Source of the DNA: a virus
Taxonomy: Duplodnaviria > Caudoviricetes
Length of the DNA stretch: 55,303 bases
Virus record (IMG/VR): IMGVR_UViG_3300049440_000066
Span: 1 to 55,303 of that record
Strand: one strand, 5' to 3'
A program made the position numbers and the translations under genes. The notes beneath the pieces were generated by a model. The model was not told the DNA's origin, searched no databases, and saw nothing but the letters and a program-made list of their open reading frames with translations. This document shows, in pieces, positions 43,918-52,340 of the stretch. Positions within the stretch are counted from its first letter, which is position 1. Every line of letters begins with the position of its first letter.

Positions 43918-44266
43918 TAGGAACCTCCGCTTTCTTGAAATCAACGGACGGATCAAACCAATCGTCATTGACGATATGGCCGATGGCATGAACCTTTGAA
44001 TGTTCGCAACGTACGCGGATTGTTTTTCCTGGCAACTTCGACCACTCTGTAACGCCTGCAACTTCCATACATCGCCATATGAAATGTCCGGCACAAGAGT
44101 TCAAATCATGGTGCGAGAATGACTTTGGGAGATACAAAGCATAGCCTCCGAATCCTTGGCAGCCTTGATCACCGTAATCTAAATTTAGCCATGCGGACAA
44201 TAGGCCATGATCTTCGGAAGTGATTTGCACGCTTTGAATGACAGCATTTCGTGTTTCAATCTCCAT
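43901..44266 (-). CDS. Conserved phage hypothetical protein
   Basis: NA.I......EDHG...L..G...QGFGGY.L...IGHI..D.WF.P. Confidence 0.75.
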   Translation of the reverse strand: MEIETRNAVIQSVQITSEDHGLLSAWLNLDYGDQGCQGFGGYALYLPKSFSHHDLNSCAGHFIWRCMEVAGVTEWSKLPGKTIRVRCEHSKVHAIGHIVNDDWFDPSVDFKKAEVPNAHSR

Positions 44267-44453
44267 CGGCTTGCCTCCAGGTAGGATCGAAAAGACACTC
44301 ACAAACAAGACACCGATAAATGCCGGTGTATCCGGTCGGATGTTCGAGCGTGAAGATTTCGATAGACGGGCCGCTGCAACAAGGGCTAATGCGCGTAACG
44401 ATTCCCCTGCGTGATTGCTCGTACAAAGCAAAGGCGTCGGATTCAATCGACAT
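44256..44453 (-). CDS. Small Zn-binding protein
   Basis: SPCC...YRCLVC; SD GAGGAGG. Confidence 0.55.
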   Translation of the reverse strand: MSIESDAFALYEQSRRGIVTRISPCCSGPSIEIFTLEHPTGYTGIYRCLVCECLFDPTWRQADGD

Positions 44454-44692
44454 TAGAGCAGTCCTCCTCGAAGTAAATGAATCGTCCACAAAACACAAGC
44501 GACAGCAACAATAGCGCCGACAATAGCAAGCCATTTCGGAATAGTGGGTGAAGGTTTGTAGGTCCACTGGTCGATAATCCGGTGATACTCTTCATCGGAC
44601 ATATGCCAGATCGCGTCGGCGCGTGCCAGGCGTTCTTCGGCAGCTTCGTTCATGGCTTCGTTCGACAACTTGATGCGTTCGGATAGTTTCAT
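44453..44692 (-). CDS. Small protein with C-terminal TM
   Basis: WLAIVGAIVAVACVLW. Confidence 0.6.
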   Translation of the reverse strand: MKLSERIKLSNEAMNEAAEERLARADAIWHMSDEEYHRIIDQWTYKPSPTIPKWLAIVGAIVAVACVLWTIHLLRGGLL

Positions 44693-44696
44693 GGCG

Positions 44697-44846
44697 CTAT
44701 TCCTCCTCTTCCTCTTCGTGAAAGTTTGTGCCTTCGCAATAGGGGCAATGGATGAAATGGTCGGGATCGGCTTCGGTGCAAACAAGTTCATCAGGATCGC
44801 CGGACCAATTACATCCCTTCGATTCGCAATACAGTGTGGTGCTCAT
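44697..44846 (-). CDS. 49-aa acidic Zn-ribbon protein (ends EEEEEE)
   Basis: C....CNWSG...CPYC; not in the ORF track. Confidence 0.6.
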   Translation of the reverse strand: MSTTLYCESKGCNWSGDPDELVCTEADPDHFIHCPYCEGTNFHEEEEEE

Positions 44847-44956
44847 GGTTTCTTTTCGTCCCGCCAGAGCTTGCTACCGCAATTCGGGCACCTAAGCGGC
44901 GGCGTTTCGAGTCGGCCCAGCCATTCATGCTTACAGCGTTTACAGGTGAGTTTCAC
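44843..44956 (-). CDS. 37-aa Zn-ribbon protein MKLTCKRCKHEW...CPNCGSKLW
   Basis: C4 ribbon; coupled; not in the ORF track. Confidence 0.7.
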   Translation of the reverse strand: MKLTCKRCKHEWLGRLETPPLRCPNCGSKLWRDEKKP

Positions 44957-45063
44957 AAGTCCAATCCTTTCTTAATTATGCCGACAAGAGTCATTGCGCC
45001 GATTACGGCAAGCACAGCAACAAACATTTGACCGACTACTGCCCATACGAATTGCTCATTCAT
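44953..45063 (-). CDS. 36-aa single-TM peptide
   Basis: MNEQFVWAVVGQMFVAVLAVIGAMTLVGIIKK; SD GAGGA. Confidence 0.6.
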   Translation of the reverse strand: MNEQFVWAVVGQMFVAVLAVIGAMTLVGIIKKGLDL

Positions 45064-45216
45064 TTTGTCCTCGATTCGGCACAGCGTTTACAGGTCAGTT
45101 TCATCGAACCCTCTGAAAGTCTGGCCGAGCTTACCTACCCGGCCTGTGAGCAGTTACCAACTGCAAGGATGCCGATAGGACGGGAAAACAAAGAAAAGGC
45201 GCCCTACCGGGATGTC

Positions 45217-45414
45217 TCATGGCTGGCCTTCGGCTTTGCGAATGGCTGCCTGCACTTTTTCGAGCAAATTGTTTTCAGCCGGGCCTTGATGCGGCAGAAA
45301 CGTATTCACCCAGTCCTCAACAAACTTGCACGCTTCCAGCAACTCCGCATTGATGGCTCGAAGCTCGGCGATCTCGGCCCGATCGGTGAGTCTATTAATC
45401 GTTTTATCCGACAT
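45217..45414 (-). CDS. Hypothetical protein (ELLEAC...AAIRKAEG family)
   Basis: Common phage early-gene C-terminal motif. Confidence 0.65.
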   Translation of the reverse strand: MSDKTINRLTDRAEIAELRAINAELLEACKFVEDWVNTFLPHQGPAENNLLEKVQAAIRKAEGQP

Positions 45415-45733
45415 CGCCATCCCTCCCAGCTTCGGAATCAGTTCTAATCATGTGCTTGTGCTCCTCGAAAAACTTACGCAATGGGCCATTTTCGGGGAAC
45501 TTAGTCCAATCCTTGCTAACTTGCACCTCGTCGAGAATCGGCTTGCATTTTTCATGTAGGCAGAAGTCTTTTTCCAATCCGTCCATTCCGGCAATGTGGA
45601 CGTTTGTTCCGAATAGAATCTCGGTGAGGAAAGTATCGCCACAGATCGCACAGACACCCAAGTTACCGCCCGGCCCCGGCATGTTCCAAACCGCTTTGCG
45701 TGTCTCGGCCCCGGCAATCGTTTTATCGCTCAT
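45404..45733 (-). CDS. Hypothetical Zn-binding protein
   Basis: CAICG...HEKC. Confidence 0.6.
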   Translation of the reverse strand: MSDKTIAGAETRKAVWNMPGPGGNLGVCAICGDTFLTEILFGTNVHIAGMDGLEKDFCLHEKCKPILDEVQVSKDWTKFPENGPLRKFFEEHKHMIRTDSEAGRDGDVG

Positions 45734-46299
45734 GGTCGGCCTCCCCACTGTTCAGCCATCGCATCGGCAATTCCTTGAAGTGTACGGCTGCGATTCTTCC
45801 AGCGATCCGGGCTTGGTGGTTCCCGATGTACTCGCGCATACCTGCCTTCCACAATATCGGTAGGAACCAGCTTGGGCAATTTCTTGAGCCACAGGCACGT
45901 TGCTTTTGTTTCGGGATGTCCGAATTGCCACGGTTGAATGATCTGATCCGGCTTGCGCCAGTGGGTACTCAAAACTCCGATAGGATTCTCAATGGCAATC
46001 TTCGGAATGGTCAATTTAGCCAGAAACAGAACAAAGCTGATCGCCTTTAACTGCTCCTCACTCTTGTCCTTGAACCATCTGGCACCACTAACCGCCAAGT
46101 GTGTGCAAGGCGGAAAAGCAATCATCATGTTCCAATCGCGGATATGTCCATCTACAAGCGTTTCGGCAATCGTACATTGAAAATGGTATTTGGAATTGCG
46201 CTCACAAGGAAGAATGTCACAAGACCAAGCATCGTGACCCTGTTTTCGGAAGGCATCCCGCACAATTCCCGAAAATTCACAGGCAATCAATACTCGCAT
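45730..46299 (-). CDS. Short phage C5-cytosine DNA methyltransferase-like protein
   Basis: VLIACEFSG, SCD, FPPCT (catalytic PC), IENP, RSRT..GIA.AMAEQW. Confidence 0.8.
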   Translation of the reverse strand: MRVLIACEFSGIVRDAFRKQGHDAWSCDILPCERNSKYHFQCTIAETLVDGHIRDWNMMIAFPPCTHLAVSGARWFKDKSEEQLKAISFVLFLAKLTIPKIAIENPIGVLSTHWRKPDQIIQPWQFGHPETKATCLWLKKLPKLVPTDIVEGRYARVHREPPSPDRWKNRSRTLQGIADAMAEQWGGRP

Positions 46300-46356
46300 G
46301 CTTTCTCCTCTTGGTTCCCGATGGTATCGGGCTGTGTCGGCTTGTGCGTGCCGAGG

Positions 46357-46584
46357 TTACGCTGTGAACACGAAGACATAACCGCGCTTCGATGATCCAC
46401 CTGTGAGATTGCCAGTCCATCCCATTTTCGAGCACAGCGCATCAGCGGCCTTGCGGTGGACTGCTTCACCTGATAGCTCGTAAGGGTAGCTGATAGTCAC
46501 TTTGTTTCCATCCTCGTCCGATGCGATGATTCTAGAGCCTTTATAGTTCGTCGGCCCGACATACTTGGTGAAAATAGCTTTCAT
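46357..46584 (-). CDS. Conserved phage early hypothetical protein
   Basis: AI.TKY.GPTN.KGSRI.A...H..AA.AL...GW...GYVFV. Confidence 0.75.
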   Translation of the reverse strand: MKAIFTKYVGPTNYKGSRIIASDEDGNKVTISYPYELSGEAVHRKAADALCSKMGWTGNLTGGSSKRGYVFVFTA

Positions 46585-46598
46585 ACTTGCCTCCGTTT

Positions 46599-46670
46599 AA
46601 CGTCTTGGTAGACGAGTTATGCATTCCTGATTGCCCACGCATCGGCGCGCAGGCAATCGGCAAGGCACAA
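46599..46670 (-). ncRNA. Structured intergenic hairpin, copy B
   Basis: Homologous to 48399-48463 with pairing-preserving changes. Confidence 0.6.
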
Positions 46671-46671
46671 G

Positions 46672-46884
46672 CTAGGCCTGGTTCCACCTGAAACCAGGCA
46701 AAGACTCAACTTCGGCAATGAGACGAGCTGAAGCGGTATATTTCCGCTTGGCGTTCAAGTCCCATGCTTTGTTGAGCATATTCAAGGCTTTATGTGGATA
46801 ATCGCAGACAGCATAGGTGCGTTCTTCGCCCCACGATTCGACCTGAATGATTCGGGTATCTCGGACTTCATACTTGGCTGACAT
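46672..46884 (-). CDS. Early hypothetical protein
   Basis: SD GAGGAG; first gene after a promoter. Confidence 0.7.
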   Translation of the reverse strand: MSAKYEVRDTRIIQVESWGEERTYAVCDYPHKALNMLNKAWDLNAKRKYTASARLIAEVESLPGFRWNQA

Positions 46885-46922
46885 GTGTTTTCTCCTCAGC
46901 AGTTAGGTTACTGCCTACACGC

Positions 46923-46952
46923 ACGATAAAACAAGTTGGGCATAGGTGTCAA
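46923..46952 (-). promoter_or_regulatory. Promoter TTGACA-18-TATCGT with operator ATGCCCAACT
   Basis: Near-identical to 23955-23976. Confidence 0.7.
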
Positions 46953-47094
46953 GACAATTCTGCATCATTATGCAGATTTATTAGCAAGTGTTAGTATTTC
47001 CGCGATGATCCAGAGGATGCCGGCAAGTATAAGCGGTATTCCCCAGAAAAAGATAATCAACGCGAGTACGATGTCTCCGACCATAACGCACCTC

Positions 47095-47256
47095 TCAGTG
47101 TCTCGACTTCGACCGCTCGATAGCTTCCTCGGCACGCTCCCAGATACGCTCAAGGCTCTCGGCTCGGGCACAGAGTATCTGAATATCGACTAGGGCGGCA
47201 TAGACTACGCGTTCGGGCGTCGTTTCGGGTACGGGTTTGCGTTCTTGTCTCGGCAT
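47095..47256 (-). CDS. Hypothetical protein
   Basis: SD GAGG. Confidence 0.5.
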   Translation of the reverse strand: MPRQERKPVPETTPERVVYAALVDIQILCARAESLERIWERAEEAIERSKSRH

Positions 47257-47313
47257 GGCGTCACCTCTTAGGCGAATCGGCCAGCGCACCTAGGCGATGC
47301 GCTGAACGGGCGT

Positions 47314-47976
47314 CTAGCGTGCAAGTAGTTCAATTTCCAGTTTCATAAGAGCATCGCGGACGTTGTTTGTGCTGTCTTTGGCTATGCGTGCGAAGTCTGG
47401 GGAATCGTCCCTGATCGCTTGTCCAGACTCTCGACACCACACGCAAGAAAGCAATTCGGCCAGAGACTCACGCATCCCATAATTGCTAAACTCTAAGACT
47501 CGGCAACGGGACAAAAATCGCTTTTCTAGGCCATCGGTTGAGTTGCAAGTGAAAATCCAAATGGTTGCCGGCGGCGCCGCAGTTGAGTCTAACTTAGAGA
47601 GGAGTGCAAGCTGGGCGCCTTCAGTCATACGGTCGGCTTCGTCCACGCATACCACGTGGAAACCATTGACTTTGGGAGTGCAATACCAGCACATACGCAC
47701 GGTTTCATCTATGGCGCGCGCGTCACACTTCTGCGACGGGATGTGATGCCATTCGCCGCCGATCGTCTCGCACAGAGCTTGCGCCATCGTAGTCTTCCCT
47801 GTACCTGGATTCCCGGTAAAAACCCATGCACTCGGCGCCGGCCGAAGACTGAACGAGGAAAGCACTTTCTTAACCTTGTCTAGACCGATAAAATCGGAGA
47901 TCACATGCGGACGATACTTTTCGGCTAGTGGCGCTGGGAACGGTAAACCTTGAATTGGTTCGCTAAATAGACTCAT
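47314..47976 (-). CDS. AAA+ ATPase, clamp-loader/RFC/DnaX-like
   Basis: LAEKYRP...DFIG, GNPGTGKT, VDEAD, AQLALL, FLSRC, RDAL. Confidence 0.88.
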   Translation of the reverse strand: MSLFSEPIQGLPFPAPLAEKYRPHVISDFIGLDKVKKVLSSFSLRPAPSAWVFTGNPGTGKTTMAQALCETIGGEWHHIPSQKCDARAIDETVRMCWYCTPKVNGFHVVCVDEADRMTEGAQLALLSKLDSTAAPPATIWIFTCNSTDGLEKRFLSRCRVLEFSNYGMRESLAELLSCVWCRESGQAIRDDSPDFARIAKDSTNNVRDALMKLEIELLAR

Positions 47977-48383
47977 GCTCGCACCCATCCTTCCGATTTG
48001 AGATACTTTTCCCAGTGTCCAGACCGAAAACGTGTTTCGATTCCCTTACGTACTTTCGGACATTCAATGGAAACGGTCTCTCGGAGAATTGCTTGTGTTT
48101 GGCCAGCGTTGACAAGGCGAATTTGAAAGTGGGAACCATTGCCGCGATACAGGTCATAAAGACCGCTAGAGCAATCGTATAGCGGTACAGAGTCATTCTC
48201 TTTTAGCTCTGGGATAGTGTATTCAACGTCCTGTCTGTGGATTGTTTCCGACGCTGGCCAGTAGAGGAAATCGGCTTCCGGCTTGTCACCCATGATTACA
48301 GTGTGACGTACGCACAGAAAGCCGATATTGATATTTCCACTGTCTTTCGGCATGAAGACTAGAACATTTTCGCCATCTTTCAT
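47973..48383 (-). CDS. Early hypothetical protein
   Basis: SD AGGAG. Confidence 0.65.
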   Translation of the reverse strand: MKDGENVLVFMPKDSGNINIGFLCVRHTVIMGDKPEADFLYWPASETIHRQDVEYTIPELKENDSVPLYDCSSGLYDLYRGNGSHFQIRLVNAGQTQAILRETVSIECPKVRKGIETRFRSGHWEKYLKSEGWVRA

Positions 48384-48398
48384 TGTTTTCTCTCCTAG

Positions 48399-48463
48399 AA
48401 CGCCTTGGTTTGTGCGTTCTGGGCCGCCCGCGCATCGAAGCGTAGGCCACCCGGGAAGCACAA
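48399..48463 (-). ncRNA. Structured intergenic hairpin, copy A
   Basis: Homologous to 46599-46670. Confidence 0.6.
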
Positions 48464-48464
48464 G

Positions 48465-48869
48465 TTAGGCTGAAAGGAATTTAGTCATATTGGCAGCATT
48501 GAGAAACACATGGGCCGTTGCTGCCTTGCCGCAAAACGTACCAGCAGAAACAAGCGCGAATCCTTCCGGCAAGACTTTCAGTGTCACATTGCCAACATGA
48601 TCGGATTCGACGATCTCATTGGATTGATTGGCCATTCCACGCGCGGCCACGTCGAAGTAGGGATGCGAACTAGTAGGCAATGATTTGCGCTGCATTGTGG
48701 CCAGTTCGACGATAGCGAACTCGTCACGCGATCCGCCGTCCCAATAGGAATTGATTTGCATAGGGCTAAATTCGGACAGGTAAGCGCGGTGTTTCTTATA
48801 ACCCGGAAATGCGGCTGTAATGACTTGTTTCACTTCGGGTGCATTTTTGAGTGATTCGATGATATTCAT
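48465..48869 (-). CDS. Conserved phage early hypothetical protein
   Basis: AFPGY, SYWDGGSR, FCGK motifs; SD GAGGAG. Confidence 0.75.
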   Translation of the reverse strand: MNIIESLKNAPEVKQVITAAFPGYKKHRAYLSEFSPMQINSYWDGGSRDEFAIVELATMQRKSLPTSSHPYFDVAARGMANQSNEIVESDHVGNVTLKVLPEGFALVSAGTFCGKAATAHVFLNAANMTKFLSA

Positions 48870-48913
48870 TGCGTTTCTCCTCTCGACTAAGGGCGCTACC
48901 CTTGTCTACAGAC

Positions 48914-48942
48914 ACCTTAATCTAGTTAGGCATTACTGTCAA
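48914..48942 (-). promoter_or_regulatory. Promoter TTGACA-17-TAAGGT with operator ATGCCTAACT
   Basis: Consensus -35; same spacer motif as the other two promoters. Confidence 0.7.
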
Positions 48943-49592
48943 GTGTTTTCTTGCACTTCGACAAACATTTTTGCAAGTCTTCGGCAATCAACCGATTATC
49001 ACGTGCCAATTCCCGACACTGGACACGTATTTATTCTTACAAGGGATGTGCTTTTTGCTTGCACGCGCACGGCGGACCGCGCTACGCTCCATTTCAGGAC
49101 CATGCTATCGTGAAGACACTTGCGGCTACTTTAGCGTCTAAGAGAATGCACGCTGCGCTCCCAGCGCACGTACGCAAGGCTTGGGGTTTCCGTCTGCGAT
49201 GTATTCAAGGAGGACGCGCCTCTCAACGCGCCGCACGTCTGCGCGGATTCGATACGATGGCCTATGCTCGCAGTTTCAGATGGCCAAAGGTTGACAACAA
49301 GACGCGCACAAGTTAGGGATTAACTCACACCGATACATAAACCTAGTGTAATCAATCACACCGACATACTAGTTATTATCAGACGTTAGTTAGGCATGGC
49401 CATTCACTCGGCAATCAATCGGCAATCAACTGGCAGAGCTTTGGCCGGCTCCCGCGCGCGCGAAGACCTGGCCCGCTTTTCAGGGTACCCCATAGCGAAT
49501 TGTCGAAGCCTGGGGGAACTTGCACGCGCTCCGGGCGAGTGGCTACCACTAGACCTCTGAGCATCCCAACTAAATTCTGTGCCTAACTTGTT

Positions 49593-49674
49593 GTAATACA
49601 AAATCCTCTTGACATGTAATACAGTGGCGTGTAATACGTAATACGGACGGCTCGTAATACAGGGAACGTAATAC
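49593..49674 (+). promoter_or_regulatory. Promoter (TTGACA 49609-49614) overlaid by six GTAATAC direct repeats
   Basis: Copies at 49593, 49616, 49631, 49638, 49654 and 49668. Confidence 0.8.
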
Positions 49675-49995
49675 ATGAAGACGACGATCAGCCTGCGGGT
49701 AGAGGTAGAGGAGAAGGAGAAGTGGGAAGCGAAGGCAGGGGAGCGGACGTTGACGGAGTGGATTCGGGAGAGATGTAACGGGGAGTCCAGCGGGAAGGAG
49801 GAAAGTGGGACGAGTAATCGAGTATCGGACGTGTCTGGGGGTGCTGAAGTTCGAGCGCCGAAGCGACGGGAGCCTGATGCCGGTGGACCTCTTGCAGCAG
49901 TTAAGTGTTCCCACTGTGGACACGACAAGTCGATTCACAAGGGACCGATGCGAAGTTGTGTTTACGGAGACTGTAGATGTGGAGGGTTCCGATGA
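49675..49995 (+). CDS. RHH DNA-binding protein with C-terminal Zn finger
   Basis: TTISLRVEVEEKEKWEAKAGERTLTEWIR; CSHCGH...H...C....CRC. Confidence 0.75.
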   Translation: MKTTISLRVEVEEKEKWEAKAGERTLTEWIRERCNGESSGKEESGTSNRVSDVSGGAEVRAPKRREPDAGGPLAAVKCSHCGHDKSIHKGPMRSCVYGDCRCGGFR

Positions 49996-50168
49996 TCGAG
50001 ATGCCAGACAAGGGGAAAGGGTACCTGCACGCAGCCTATGAGGTGGTTGAGCCTCACACGGCGGAATCTGTGTGGCAGGATTGCATGTGTGCATCGTGCC
50101 AGGACGTGCGGGAAGTGAAGAAACTGCCTCGGGGAACGACCTTTCGGAACAAGGATGAGAAGTATTGA
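49992..50168 (+). CDS. Small Cys-containing protein
   Basis: Coupled; CMCASC. Confidence 0.55.
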   Translation: MIEMPDKGKGYLHAAYEVVEPHTAESVWQDCMCASCQDVREVKKLPRGTTFRNKDEKY

Positions 50169-50350
50169 GCGTCATAAACATCCCGTATGATGGGCCGAAA
50201 ACGATGTGGGATGCTATGGTTCGGGGTGTGGACCGCTATAAGTTGAACTACGACCTAGCCTTTTCGGATCAGTGCATTGTCGATGGCCGGCGCAAGCACC
50301 GATTTGATCCGAAAACGAAGCGTTGTACCCTCTGTGGAGCGAAAAAGTGA
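50165..50350 (+). CDS. Small Zn-binding protein
   Basis: Coupled; H...CTLC. Confidence 0.55.
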   Translation: MSVINIPYDGPKTMWDAMVRGVDRYKLNYDLAFSDQCIVDGRRKHRFDPKTKRCTLCGAKK

Positions 50351-50544
50351 TAGTCGAAAGGATGAAGAGAGTCTGCCCGAGCGGAAAAACTAAATTTTTC
50401 GATAAAACTACGGCTAAAATGGTGGCAAAAAAGGATCGAAAAGTGACCGGACATTTTATCGTTCCTTACCCATGTCCACAGTGCGGTTGGTGGCACGTCG
50501 GTCATTCCGATCACTATACCGAGAAAAAGGAAACCAAAAATTGA
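50347..50544 (+). CDS. Small phage Zn-finger protein
   Basis: CPSGK..F....A...YPCPQCGWWHVGH. Confidence 0.7.
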   Translation: MIVERMKRVCPSGKTKFFDKTTAKMVAKKDRKVTGHFIVPYPCPQCGWWHVGHSDHYTEKKETKN

Positions 50545-51362
50545 CGGATCGAATCTGCGTCTGCGGACTCGGCAAGGTTGGCAGGCCGATCCTCAACATG
50601 CTCCGACAGAAAGGCTTTACCGCTGTCGGCTACGACCACATCCCGAAGCACTCCGAAGTTAGCCTCAGTCAGGCAGTCGATCAGTCCGATGCATGCATCT
50701 TCATTGTCCAGACGCCTTCCCTTCCCGATGGCTCGTTCTCGAACGATTACCTCATGGATGCCCTGAATCGTTTTACTGTGGCTGCTAGAGCCGCCCGAAA
50801 AACGGATTACCTCTACATCGTAACGAGCACCACGAATCCCGGTTCCTGCGACCAGTTTCGGCACATCGTCGGCGATAACATCGTCTATAAGCCGGAATTT
50901 ATCAGGCTGGAGCATGTCGATGCCGACCTTCTCACTCCCAGCTTCATCCTCATCGGGGAAGGGTGCAAAGAAGCCGGAGATAGGGCGGTAGGCATTTACA
51001 GCGACCTGTTTAGGTTCCATCCCATCTTCAGAGGCACCGACATCCCCATCAAGCGCATGTCCCTCATCGAAGCCGAACTCGCCAAGATCACCCTCAACTG
51101 CGCCTTGACCATGAAAATTTCCCTCGCGAATCAACTCTACCTCGTCGCCCGAAAACTCGGTGCCGACCCTCGAAAGATCATGGATGCCGTCGGTGCGGAC
51201 CCGAGAATCAATCCCCACTACCTCGAACCGGGACGCCCTTACTCCGGCCCATGCCTTCCTCGGGATAATCGCATGTTCCAGTTTACCGCCGAAAAAGCGG
51301 GAGTCTTCGCGGCCCTCTCTATCGCCGCCGATGTCATCAACGGGATGCTCGATAATGAATGA
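50541..51362 (+). CDS. UDP-glucose/GDP-mannose dehydrogenase family protein (C-terminal domain absent)
   Basis: GLGKVG, VQTP, ST..PG, PEFIR, AELAK...N, DPRI, GPCLPRD. Confidence 0.88.
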   Translation: MTDRICVCGLGKVGRPILNMLRQKGFTAVGYDHIPKHSEVSLSQAVDQSDACIFIVQTPSLPDGSFSNDYLMDALNRFTVAARAARKTDYLYIVTSTTNPGSCDQFRHIVGDNIVYKPEFIRLEHVDADLLTPSFILIGEGCKEAGDRAVGIYSDLFRFHPIFRGTDIPIKRMSLIEAELAKITLNCALTMKISLANQLYLVARKLGADPRKIMDAVGADPRINPHYLEPGRPYSGPCLPRDNRMFQFTAEKAGVFAALSIAADVINGMLDNE

Positions 51363-52143
51363 AATCTCCGAGTATTGGGACAGAAGGCCGTGCAATGTCG
51401 GCCACGGAATATCTCCCGTTGGAACCGAAGAGTGGTCCACGGAAGTAGCCATTCGCAAATATTTTGTCGAGCCTCATATCGTCTGGTTCGCGGACTTCGC
51501 AAGATGGAAGGACAAAAAAGTTTTAGAAATTGGCTGCGGCATCGGAACCGATACCCGTGAATTTATACGTCATGGCGTAGGCCATATTGATGCGATGGAT
51601 ATTTCCAGTGGGAGTTTGAACCTCGCTGCAAAGAGATCGTGGCAGGTTCTAAATAAAAGACAGTTGAACCTTCCTGACAAACTCGCTTGGGATAATCCCG
51701 TTGCCACATTCCATCTGGCAAATGCTGAGGATTTCCAGCCTCTCGGACCATTCAATCTCATATACAGCTTCGGAGTTCTGCATCATACGCCGAATCCCAA
51801 AAAAGTTTTAGAAATTGCGAGAAGGGGGCTTGCTCCAGACGGCGAGCTTCGCATCATGATCTATGCGAAGTATTCCTGGAAGCATCTCTTCACCCTCCAG
51901 CAGCCCGAAGCGCAAGCCGGATGTCCGTACGTGAAGTGGTACTCGAAACGAGAAGCCCGAAAACTATTGGAGTCCTGCGGCTTTAAGGTCGTGTCGATCA
52001 CCAAGACGCACATCTTTCCGTGGCGCATCCCCGAATATAGAAACCACCTTTACAAGAAAGCATTTCCGTGGAGCCTTATCTCCGAGAAATATTTTGAACG
52101 CTTCCTCGGCCATCACCTTCTGATCGTCGCGGTGAAAGCGTGA
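51355..52143 (+). CDS. Class I SAM-dependent methyltransferase
   Basis: VLEIGCGIG, DIS, NAE, IYSFGVLHHTP. Confidence 0.88.
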   Translation: MNEISEYWDRRPCNVGHGISPVGTEEWSTEVAIRKYFVEPHIVWFADFARWKDKKVLEIGCGIGTDTREFIRHGVGHIDAMDISSGSLNLAAKRSWQVLNKRQLNLPDKLAWDNPVATFHLANAEDFQPLGPFNLIYSFGVLHHTPNPKKVLEIARRGLAPDGELRIMIYAKYSWKHLFTLQQPEAQAGCPYVKWYSKREARKLLESCGFKVVSITKTHIFPWRIPEYRNHLYKKAFPWSLISEKYFERFLGHHLLIVAVKA

Positions 52144-52340
52144 ACGAAGCACATTGGGCTTATCCAAATTGCGGGTTGCTGTGCTCCTATTGTGCCTCGA
52201 TTATGGATGGCTCCGAATCTGATCATTCCGACTGGCCGTTCAAATTCATCTGGACATGCCGGAACAAAGCGTGTGCCCACTTCGGAATCCGTTACAGAAT
52301 GTCGCGCGAGCAAGGCGTTAAGCTGGAGAGAATCGCGTGA
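52140..52340 (+). CDS. Small Zn-binding protein
   Basis: CSYC...CRNKAC; coupled at both ends. Confidence 0.6.
   Translation: MNEAHWAYPNCGLLCSYCASIMDGSESDHSDWPFKFIWTCRNKACAHFGIRYRMSREQGVKLERIA

Noticed and set aside
48951-49560. Short repeats (TCACACCGA x2, GGCAATCAA) and ORF 48951-49316 in the divergent control region
   Set aside because: There are too few copies to call iterons, and the ORF has an uncertain start and no motif, so I left it uncalled.
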